The notes under the pieces are model-generated. The model was not told the origin of the DNA. It saw nothing but the letters and a program-made list of their open reading frames with translations, and did no database searches. From assembly GCA_965645245.1 (NCBI GenBank), contig OZ287067.1, positions 1,798,001 to 1,862,000 of the forward strand: 64,000 nucleotides of DNA. Reading direction: 5' to 3'. The first letter of the stretch is position 1, and each line of letters begins with the position of its first letter. This DNA comes from Massalongia carnosa. Its lineage: Eukaryota. The translations under genes were made by a program, and so were the position numbers. Shown here piece by piece: positions 22,771-33,597 of the stretch.

Positions 22771-23642
22771 CCTTTATCGCCACCAAATAGTTTATTCTGA
22801 CGTTCTCCGGACGTAATAGTCAGAATAGAGAGTTTTTACGCCGATTTACTGGTCTAAAGACTCTTGCTTTCCAAACCCTATTTATTTGACAATAACAAGT
22901 CAAATAAATCCTAGTCGAGTTAAAATAGACCGTTCCTCGCTTAGGCAATAGATCTTATTTAACTCTTTACCTAGACACTACGATATTTGGAATATAATAA
23001 GAATTTTACGATCGAACAGAAATTTTTTTTTTAAAAAATGTTTTTGATCCAGAAATAAGTATCAAGTACAATGAGAGAGTAGGAGACTTCCTATTCTGGT
23101 TAGCCTGAAACAGGGCCTTTGGTTTAACCCTATTTCAGACGTTTTTCCCCTTCGTTTCAGCAGATTGTTGGTCGGCAGTTTAACGTAAATCGAAAAAACC
23201 CAAAATGGAATAGTTTATACGGTACCCGTAACCTTAAACTTCAAATGAACACCAAGAAGTTTTGTTGTCTCGAGAACAGGTTGTACAGTTACGCGACAGT
23301 GATGATATTTTGTAGATAATTTTTGTGATAATAGATGAGATCTATGCGATAATTAAACCGAAGAAATATCGAAAATCGAGCGATTTTTGACGTTGTTGTT
23401 GGTGTTTTTGTGTTTTGTAGATTTTTTGGACGCGCTTTTTGGTGAAGGGGCGGACAGACCGCGAGGAAAACTCTGCAGGAGCAGTGGAAGAGCTCTCCTG
23501 TACCCAATTCTGATGGGTTTTAGCTTCTGGTAGGCTCAAATGAATGAGAAGACTGAGGATAATAAGTTGGGAAAGTTTCAGTATATCAAAATATAGGGTA
23601 CCGATGTTTTGGGGGTTGGCATTTTTCCTTAGGTTGAATGAT
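22771..23642 (-). promoter_or_regulatory. Putative LINE-A 5' UTR and internal promoter
   Basis: Non-coding, contiguous with the ORF1 leader across the solo-LTR TSD. The sense strand begins ATCATTCAACCTAAGG (initiator-like). Only one copy in the window. Confidence 0.6.
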
Positions 23643-24282
23643 GAGATCCGCGTTTCAACGTGTTTTTTTGGAATTTAGTTTTCGGTCTAACCAGACGCCC
23701 AACCATTTGACTACATTTTTCGGTTCTAGTACTGTCCCGTTTGGTAATTCCAATGTGTCTTTCGATACATTTCTTGTCTTTTCGATGTGAATCAGCTCGG
23801 ATTTAGAGTCATCAAATTTGACATTATTCGATGCGGCCCAATCAAAGGCCGTTTTGACTATGATTTCGATTTCTTTGCAATTCTGTTTTGCAGTTTTATT
23901 TTCAACATATATTGCAACATCGTCAATAAAACTGGGAGAATGTGCATTGAATTTCTTTCGTATTTTCGGAAACAAGTGACGAATGTAAATCAGAAGTAGA
24001 ATAGGCGAGATTGGTGAGCCTTGTGGAATTCCTGATTCGACATAATATGTTTTGCTTATATTTAATCAAATATCAAATTGATCGATCTTTCTGTCATGAA
24101 ATGCTTGACCCATTGAATTATTATGCGAGATAATTTCAGCTTTTTCGTGATATTTAGCAGTTGAATAAACGAGACAAAGTCAAACGCGCCTTTGACATCG
24201 AGTAATAAACATGATAAGACGTTTTTATTTCTATTTGCAATTTCAAAATCATGAACAATATTCATTACTGGGTCAATTGCAG

Positions 24283-27200
24283 TGTAGCACGTCGACCTAG
24301 ATAGAAATCTAATAGGGACTATGTACGAAAACTAGTAAGATGAAGAAAGAAAGCTATGTACAGATCGCCGGTTAATAAACACTCATACCCGTGCTAAGCC
24401 TAATGCAGGTTTTCATCACCGTCGTTGAGCTGCTCATACCACGCGTGTTAATAATGTCGCTACAAGCAATGCTTAATCCGTTTTCAGTTAGATAAGGTGA
24501 ATAGCACTACGTCATGTGTTGCCTGAGTTAGAGCGTTGTAATCCGTGACATTACCCCCTTCTTTAGATCGCGAACCGCCTGATCGCGATTAGCGCCATTC
24601 TTGTCAGGTGACGTAATTCCCGTTGACTGTTGTCAACCTGGTGCGAAATTCCACCGTGGTTTGCTAGGATAGCGTAAATAGAAATCCTCCACTATCTCCT
24701 TAGCATTTTCTGTCAGGACTCGGGTGTGGGAGCGCTAAATCCAACGGCTCTTTCCGACCGAAGCTTCGGAGATAAGCTTCTAGAGCCGGATGGAAACTTC
24801 GAGAAGAAGGGCAAACGGGCATATAGATTTCACATTCTTCTTTGTAGATAGATTTCTCTTCTTCATGCTTAGTCTCTTAGGTAGCTGACTACTATTCGTC
24901 TTCCCTGGATAGTGGTTCTTACATTTTCAAATCCATTAGCATCGTACCCATCTGGATCTTCCGGATAGTCCTTCCATTTGACTCGAAATTGCACCTTTCC
25001 TCTTCGCCTTCTGGCATCCAGCACGTCATCAACTTCCCATTCTTCCTTACCTTCTATCACTACCGGAGGGGCTGGATCATTGATCTGCCCTTGTAATGGA
25101 TCCTCCGCGGCGTTTCTCAATAGACTAGTGTGGAATACATTATGAATTTTCATCGATTCGGGCAGAGCTAGCCTGCACGATGACCCAATCATCTTGTCTA
25201 TTCGGTACGGTCCGATCATCTTGTGGTCCAGTTTCTTCGAAGTTCTCTCGGTATGGATATTTTTCGTTGACAACCAAACCATATCGCCCTCTTCATAGCT
25301 GACCTCCTTTCGATTCTGATTAGCCACCCTTTGCTGTCTATCCTGGGACTTCTTTATGTTTTCGTGAACGAACTCCCAGGTTTTCTTCATCCTTTCGGTG
25401 ATATTTTGGGCACGTTCCTTAGCTAACCTTTCTCGAGTAGTATCTGCAGATAGATCAACCACATCGAAACTCATCCTTGGTTCATATCCCTTTGTGGCCA
25501 TAAACGGTGTCAACTTGGTGGAGGCCGATTCGCAAGCATTGGCCGCAAACTCCGCCATCGGTAGTAGTATCACCTAATAATCCTGGAAATAGTTTACATA
25601 GCTGCGCAGGTGTCGCTCCATTTCCTGATTGGCTATCTCGCTCTGGCCATCGGTTTCCGGATGAAATGCTGTTGAGAGTTTGGCCGTTATACCCAGTATT
25701 TTGCACATCGTTTTCCAGACCGCCGATACAAACTGCGGTCCCCGATCGGATACTATGCTACTGGGCAACCCATGGTATTTTCAGACGTTATTGATCAACA
25801 ACTTCGCCGTTGCTTCGCTCGTGGTTCCATGTTCCTCGGTAGTACATGGTATGTAATGCCTTTCCTTCGATAATCGATCTACCACCATAAGAATCGCATT
25901 GAATCCTTCGCCCGACAGTGGAAGGCCCGTTACGAAGTCTAGTGATATATCCTGCCATGGTTGTTCGGGTATAGATAATGGCCTCAATAAACCATTGTAC
26001 TTATCTCTAGGTGCTTTCGCGCGTCTGCACACATGACAATTCCGTACATACCGTTTGATATCCGCTTCCATTTTGGGCCAGTAGTAATTCCGAGTTATCA
26101 TCTCCAAGGTTCGAGCGACGCCAGGGTGCCCTACAGCTGGCTGATCATGAATCTGACGGATTACCTCTAGTTTCAATTCATCCTGTGCGGGCACCTATAG
26201 CTTATTCCGCTTGTATAGCAAGCCGTCCTTGACCTGACAGTCTTTTAACGCCGGCGAGTTTTCCGAGTCTGAATCAAGTCCAGTGCTTGCAGCACTCAAT
26301 GCCTGACGCATATTATTGCAATCCTCATCTGTGACATTGCCCTGCCTTACCTTTTCTTCCAAGGTCTGAACAGTCTCTTCCGTTTCTGTCTCGATGGGCG
26401 CCAGTTCGATGCGATTGCGGGGCAACAGAGTCTGTAGCTGATGCTGTTGGCGTTCGTCCTTCTCATCCTTGGGCTTATCATTGGGTCTCCGGGTTAGAGC
26501 ATCAGCCTTTTCATTATTTTTACCCGTTTGATAAACGATGACGAAGTTGAACTCAGATAGGAGTTCCGCCCATCTAGCCTGTCGACGGGTCAACTTTTTG
26601 GTAGTCATGAAAAATTCCAAACTCTTGTGATCGGTGAAGACCTTTATAGGTATTTCTGTGCCTTCCAATTCTGGTCTCCATTGTTCAAAGCATCGAATGA
26701 TAGCTAACAGTTCTTTATCGTAGATCTCGTAATTGCACTCGGCCGGGCTCATGTTCTTTGAGAAGAAGGCTACCGGATGCAACTCGTCATCCTCACCCAT
26801 TTGGGACAGAATACCCCCACTGACATAATCCGAAGAGTCTGTTTCTAACCAATACTGTAGTTTTGGATCGAAATGAGCAAGAACAGGTGCTTCCACCACT
26901 CGATCCTTCAGGTCCTGGAACCCCTGAGCGCAAGCTTCGGTCCATTCGAAGATCCTATCCTTCTTGGCTAGTGCATTTAATGGTCCAGCTAGTTTGGAAA
27001 AGCCTCGAATGAAGCGCCGATAGAAGTTGCAAAAACCTATAAATGATCGCACCTCGCGAAGACAGGTAGGAACGCTCCATTCCATGATAGCCTTTATCTT
27101 TTCCGGGTCCATCTTGATACCATCCGTGCTGATGATCAGGCCCAAATACTTCGTTTCAGTGACGTGGAATTCACACTTATCCACATCGGCTTGGATGCCT

Positions 27201-30200
27201 GCCTCTCTTAACTTGGTGAGCACTCCCCTTACATGCTGTCGGTGTTGTTTCAGATTTCTGCTATAAATCAGAATGTCATCCAGATAGGCCGTACAAAATT
27301 TGTCTAAGTATTCAAAGAGGACATCATTAATGAAGTGCTGCCACGAAGCCGGTCCTCCAGTCAATCCAAATGGTAACACCTTGTATTTATAGGCCCCAAA
27401 CCGTGAGTTGAAGGTGGTGAGGTCCTCCGACGCAGCCTCCATCCGAAGTTTATGAAAGGCCTGACGAATATCTATTTTGGAGAATATTTTAGCCTCTTTC
27501 AACTGAGCCAACGTTTCCTCGATCAAAGGTATTTGATAACGATCCTTTTTAGTGATCTGATTCAGCCTTCGGTAATCTACGCAGAACCGTAATCCACCAC
27601 TAGGCTTTTTCGCTAACAGAATGGGCGATGAGCATGCGGCATGGCTTGCTTCGATAAAGCCTTTTCTGAGATTGTCTTCTAGATATTTCTTGACAAACTC
27701 CAGTTCTTTCTGGGACATGCTCCGAAGAGGACTATATCCATGATCTTTACCCCCTTCGAGCAGTATCTTGTGATCATGCAATCTATGAGGTGACAACGTA
27801 TCAGAATCTATCTTCGAAAACACGTCCAAAAACTCGTGATACTCCGGCGGCACTACCAACTTTGGATCAGTAGGAGGCCTCGACTCCTTATTCAACTGAT
27901 CGTCTATGTCGTTCATCGAGATCGCATAGACTTTTACCGCCTTACAGTGAGTAAGATATCGGTAGGAGTCTGCACCAATGATGGCTACATCAACCGGTTT
28001 AGATGGTTTCGGATCGATCCTCGGAACTTCCTTTGGGATTGAAGTAGCCTCCGGTTTATCTTCCATGATAGATCGACGCAATATCTTTCGGGGTGAGATC
28101 ACTGTAGTCAACTCCTCATCCGTCGATTTTTAATCGATCGTTTCCAGTTCCTTAGGAGGTTCTATCAACTTAGGAGCACCCGGGTGGGTGCAGTGTCCAG
28201 GCCAGAACATGATTTTATCGCAACTCATGTCCAGAATGACTCCATGCTTTCGCATCCATGGTTTTCCTAGTATTATTTTATGCTGCCCCAGCTGTGTAAT
28301 CAACAGAGGCGAGATTGTTTCCCTATGATTCTGCACGGTGAGGGTAGGATAGATGGCGTGGGTGATAGGTTTACCCAAGCGGCCATCGAAACCTCTCACC
28401 GGCTTCGGTTTCGTCAATCGCTGCGGTGATAGTTGCAGTCGTTCACAAATTGTGCGCACCATCTTTTCATCAATAAAAGCATGTCCTGTAGCACCAGTGT
28501 CTAACAGAGTAACAAGCTCTATTTCTTCCTGATTGCCTAGTTTACATGAAGTAACAAGAGGTTCATCGGTAAACAAATCACCAGGCAAACAAGAGGATGA
28601 GATCAAAAGAGGTTTATCATCGTCATCTCCACTCGCGTCTTCGAGGGAAATCAGTCTTTTTTTTAACTTCGGCTCAACATCTAACTCGTTAATGATGGCT
28701 GTCATTTTTGATTTCTTTTTAGGACAGTCCCTTGAGGGATGTCCGACCTCCTTGCAATTGAAGCACTTCCCTTCCCTGCTCAACCGCTCCCGTTCCGACT
28801 CCGATAGATAGGATCCTACGGTCCAGGACGACAAGGTCGATAGCGATGAAGGGGCACGAGACTCGGTGCGAGCATTTGGTGCCATATAGGTTTTGCTTTC
28901 GGTGGTAGCGGTAGGGGTGTTCGCCGGGACCACTACGCTGGTTGGTTTTTTTCCTTCGGCAAAGCGTTCCATCCTAGCCTTGCTACGATCCACATCCTTC
29001 AAAGCCTGATACATGCGCTGGCAACGCTGAGCGAACGCATATAGGTCGGTTCGTTCGTGATCGCCGGTGGCTAGCTGACGGCGCATATCTAGCTTGAGCT
29101 AGGGTTTCAACTCACCGATTAGGGTAGACTCATTGTGATCCAACTCGGCGGCCAAACGCTGAAACTCCGCCCAAAAGGTATTGAAGTCCTTTTGACCCTG
29201 TCGCAGAGAACGGAATAGGTTCATGGCAGTCTGTTTGCGGTTCGGATCTCCATAAATTCGTTCCAAATGATCAAACATTTCCTCTGCAGTAAGAAAAGGT
29301 TTGATAGCATTTTTTCGGAGACGAGGTTCCAAATGGCCCATAGCCTCTCCGCCGACTCGGTTTTCCACATAGGCCTTTTTAAATAGCTCGGTCGGCATAT
29401 TGGGGGTCTTCATTAGCTGCTAATTTGCTGCGCATTTTAGTCAACCAATGATCGATACTCGGCTCTTTTCCATCGATAAAAACCGGTGGGTCGGGAAGTT
29501 TCATCGACTTCCATAAAGATTCTTCGCTCTGATTGGATCGTGCAGGGGAGCCCTGCAGGTCATGTGGAGGTGGAAATGGTGGTGGTGCATTACTCCCTGC
29601 AGGTGCAGTAGCTGCTGCGGCCATCCGCCGAGCCTCTTCAAGTTCTTCCTTCTGGTATTCAATCATACCTGCTTGGCGATTGATTTGATCTGACTATTTT
29701 CTAAACTAAGCACAAGCTTATTATGTTCCACCACGACCTCCTCATAGTCTGACTTCATGTCTCGTATTATAGCCAAGACTGTTTTGGCATCCTCCTGCAC
29801 CCAGTGCCGAAGATGTTGTACTGTTTCTATCCTCCATCGTGAGTCAGCCCCGGGGCCTTCTTCACCGATGTCTATAGGCGGGATGAGAGACTCCCGTTGA
29901 TAGTAGGTGGGTGTTTCGTTCGCGGATCTAGCCATTTCTATCGCTCTTCCTTACTCAGCTCTGTTGAGTATAGTCCCGTTTCGTTCGTTTTCGGATTGTT
30001 ATCGGATCTACTATCATATGCTGAGGATAGTCCTAGGATTTCGGATCTGGTTCGTGTTTCGGGTGCTGACTGACTGACGGACTGACATACAGTTGGGTGG
30101 ATTGTTTTATATCCTCCACAAGGGATAGCAAGATTTAGAGTGATCTTACTAGTTGTGTAGCACGTCGACCTAGATAGAAATCTAATAGGGACTATGTACG

Positions 30201-30424
30201 AAAACTAGTAAGATGAAGAAAGAAAGCTATGTACAGATCGCCGGTTAATAAACACTCATACCCGTGCTAAGCCTAATGCAGGTTTTCATCACCGTCGTTG
30301 AACTACTCATACCACGCGTGTTAATAATGTTACTACAAGCAGTGCTTAATCCGTTTTCAGTTAGATAAGGTGAATAGCACTACGTCATGTGTTGCCTGAG
30401 GTTAGAGCGTTGTAATCCGTGACA
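24283..30424 (-). mobile_element. Ty3/Gypsy chromovirus Gypsy-B, full-length, degraded
   Basis: LTRs at 24283-24550 and 30156-30424 (about 5 substitutions plus 1 indel by eye); TSD TGCAG; PPT complement TTACCCCCTTCTTT at 24551. Confidence 0.95.
24869..29935 (-). pseudogene. Gypsy-B gag-pol with stops and frameshifts
   Basis: CFNCKEVGHPSRDC; LLDTGATG; LRFCVDYR, YLDD; ETDSS, YDKELLAI; HPG..CHVC, SDRGPQF; GPY and chromodomain EWEVDDVLD..VKWKDY. Confidence 0.92.
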
Positions 30425-32367
30425 TGCAGAATGATTTTTGCGTCCGCCCAGCTGTTCGATATCGAGTAAATTAGAATTTTCGCCGAAGTAGGCTAGTAGA
30501 TTTGCAACGATTTTCTTCGCAATTTTACAAAGACAATTTAGTAATGTGATAATTCGATATGATTTTGGTAGCGAATAGTCTGATTTATTAGGTTTTTTCA
30601 GAACTGCACCGAGACCTGTCCGCCAGCATAACGGGTGATAACCGATTCGAATGAGTTTTGAATAAATCATGAAAAACACGTTTTTCAACGATTGAAACGG
30701 TTTTTGAACAATTGTAAAATTGATTGCATCAGGTCCACATGCTTTCTTCGGATTAAATAAACTAATCGCATTTTTCAACTCGTTTTCGGTCAAATCTGGC
30801 CAATTATCGTCATTTTCGCTTTCTTGATTTGATAAATCTTCCACATTATCGTCTATAAATGGGTTTTTTGTGTACATTGCTGACACAAATGCATCGCATT
30901 TGTCATCAAACTGAACATTTAGCTTGTTTTCGTGTAGAATCGGCGGTATTTTTTCGAATATGCGCGGTTTAGTGTATTTATACGCGGTAAATACATCTTT
31001 ATTTGCAGCATTTTCTAGAAAAGTCAACCATGTTTGTTGTTTTGCTTTTCGAATTGCATGAAAATACTCGATTCGACTATGTTTAAACGTCCGATGACTA
31101 AAATCGGACGGATAATTCTTCCATTCTCGACGATGTCTGTAAATGGTTTTTCGAAGTTCGGTTAAATCTTGCGACCACTAATTTTTCGATTTTGCACAAA
31201 TTTTCGTTTTCGGAATAAACATTTCAGCCGCGTTTTTGATAATGTTTTGCAAATATATCGCTGGTTCGTCGATTTGATGATTATTCAATAAACTTTGAAC
31301 TTGTAATTCGTAGATGGTTGAATTTTCGTCTAGATACTTCGCGAATTTATTCCAGTCGGCTTTATTGCAATTGTATTTATTAGATAATGCGGTTGCATGT
31401 GACGTCAAATTTTTAAAAGATGCGATTAGTTCAAATCGGATGACTTCATGATCAGAACCTGTGACTGCGTTTTCATCGACTGACCAATTTGTAATTGTAT
31501 TTTCGATTTTAGAATTTTCAAATGTTAAATCAATAACAGATAAAGAACTTCCAGAATGGGCGTAGTATGTACATAAATCAGGTGTGTTTATCAAACTACA
31601 CCTATTTAATTTCAATCATTTGACTAGATTTTCTGATCGAATTGCATGTTGAATTTTCGAATTCCACCAGTTATTATGTGCATTGAAATCTCCACAGATG
31701 ACGAATTGATCAGTTGTTTTAGGTTATAATTGGATTAAAAGTCGATCGATCGTTTATGTTTCTCGATCACTTTGACTTTTTTCGTTATAAATATTGAAAA
31801 TCTGCACTTTTCGAACTTCATCAATTGTAATTTCAATAATTTGCATATCGGAATCGTCAATAAGATCCGTTCTAGGCGTGTATTGCAGTTTGGGATTGCC
31901 TTTGTGAAAAATATAGCTACTCTCGAGCGATAAGTCGCTATTTTTAGCATAATACATGTAAATGACGGATATGATATTGTTTTTTGATCTCGTGTCCATT
32001 GTTCCTGAAACAAAACAATATCAATTTGATTTGATAAAGCATATTTGTCATGGTGTGAACATGAGACGTGGAGGTTCATTGAACAGACGGCTGCCCTAGA
32101 TGGACTTTAAGGTTTAGCGCCGGCGGATGATCGTTGTGGTTAGACTGCGAGCTTACCGAGTTGGGTTTAGTGTCCCTTTTCAGGAGTTAAAGGAAATCTC
32201 TGCTAGCTGTTACTGTTTTCCTCCTTGTGTTCGTTTCGTCAGATTATCATGTAGTATAGTCGATAGCGTAACACTGTTCCACCACATGGATAGGATCATT
32301 GGACTCCTACCGTGACATTACGAACACCCTCCCATACTCCAGTGTGGTTTGTTCCCTATTTGCATTC

Positions 32368-33597
32368 ATGTCCTCAGCTTCTCCAGCTCTCGACACCCCA
32401 GGATCTACCTCTCAGCCCCTTCGAGTCCCGATACTCGGAGGAGGCCTCGACCTCACAGCAATAGCAGCCTCTCAGGAAGGATGGGCCCAGTCGGCCTCGG
32501 CTTATCCGAGAGAGTGGTATTGCTACACGCATCGTCTCATCAGTTTCGCTTCCGGAGCCGTGGAGGTTATTGAGGAGAAGAATCGACAGTACAATTTCCT
32601 CGAAACGGAACTCAACAACCTTCGTGCCCAGCTGCAGGCCTCCAATGACGAGCTCATAGCCGCTCGTGGGATGATATCTGTCTTTCGTCAGCAGAGTCAA
32701 GAATATCAGAATCATACTAGCAACAGAGAACCTCGTTCTGAAAAGCTTCCCGACATTCCGAAATTCTCGGGAAACAAGGACGAGCTTCGATCATGGACGA
32801 CTCAACTGAATCTCAAACTCTTTGTCAATGCCGATCGGTTCATGGGTCCCAAGTCCGGCCTCATCTACGCTATTAGTCGACTCGAGGGACTCGCCCTTTC
32901 ACAAGTACAACCATACGTCAGATCGGAACAAGAAATTCTTCTGGATGATGTGGCCGCCTTGTTAACAATGTTGGAGAGAGCTTTTGGGGATCCCGATAAG
33001 AAGGCCACTGCACAACGAGAGCTTCGGTCCCTTCGACAGAAGAATCGGGAGTTTCACGTGTACTTGTCGGACTTTCAGCGACTGATCCCGGACACTAATT
33101 TCGATTCTGAGGCTCAGCGCTCGGCTCTGTTGAATGGTGTCAGCGACGAACTAAAGCAGCTAATGGTAACCCAGGAGTTACCCAGCGATTTAGACGGGTT
33201 AATTACCCTGTTGCAGAGACTCGACACCCGACAACGCAACGTCAATGCTTCGCTTCGTAAGCCTTTCTCGTCTCGTTCCTCTTCGCCTGCCACTGTTGGA
33301 GCCTTGCCCCGTAATCCGCAGTCCGGAGGAGTGGCCCTGCCCCGCGCCGCGTCCCCCGTTCCCTTGTCCTCATCCTCCGCACCCGATCCCATGGATCTCT
33401 CGACTACTAGTCGTGGTAAGTTGCCCTCAGCAGAGGTCACTCGCCGGATGACGGAAGGTCTGTGTCGGTATTGTGGGGAGTCGGGACATTTTGCGTTAAA
33501 TTGTCCCAGGTTAACAAAGGGCCCGAGTAGGCCCAAGAATTCACGTCTCAACGAGACCTCTTTTGCTTCTCCGGAAAATGCGGAGTCTTCGGGATAA
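32368..33597 (+). CDS. gag: Gypsy-C Gag
   Basis: KLPDIPKFSG, LRQ, PMDLS, CRYCGESGHFALNC. First ATG downstream of the LTR is at 32368. Confidence 0.92.
   Translation: MSSASPALDTPGSTSQPLRVPILGGGLDLTAIAASQEGWAQSASAYPREWYCYTHRLISFASGAVEVIEEKNRQYNFLETELNNLRAQLQASNDELIAARGMISVFRQQSQEYQNHTSNREPRSEKLPDIPKFSGNKDELRSWTTQLNLKLFVNADRFMGPKSGLIYAISRLEGLALSQVQPYVRSEQEILLDDVAALLTMLERAFGDPDKKATAQRELRSLRQKNREFHVYLSDFQRLIPDTNFDSEAQRSALLNGVSDELKQLMVTQELPSDLDGLITLLQRLDTRQRNVNASLRKPFSSRSSSPATVGALPRNPQSGGVALPRAASPVPLSSSSAPDPMDLSTTSRGKLPSAEVTRRMTEGLCRYCGESGHFALNCPRLTKGPSRPKNSRLNETSFASPENAESSG

Larger units (their letters stand above)
11231..23642 (-). mobile_element. LINE-A (subtype A2) full-length copy, about 6.7 kb net, interrupted by LINE-B and a solo LTR
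   Basis: Poly(T) at 11231, then 3' UTR, RNase H, RT, endonuclease, ORF1 and a long 5' UTR are collinear once the two TSD-flanked inserts are removed. Confidence 0.88.

Noticed and set aside
23445..23475. TCCTCGCGGTC on the minus strand resembles the L3/P3 core of the antigenomic HDV ribozyme
   Set aside because: P3 cannot form properly, there is no clean 7-bp P1, and no GG follows for P1.1. I could not build the double pseudoknot.
32127..32315. 62-aa ORF repeated at 22487, 32127 and 37760, and a 69-aa ORF repeated at 38192 and 43813
   Set aside because: They recur only because they lie inside LTR copies and show no protein features.
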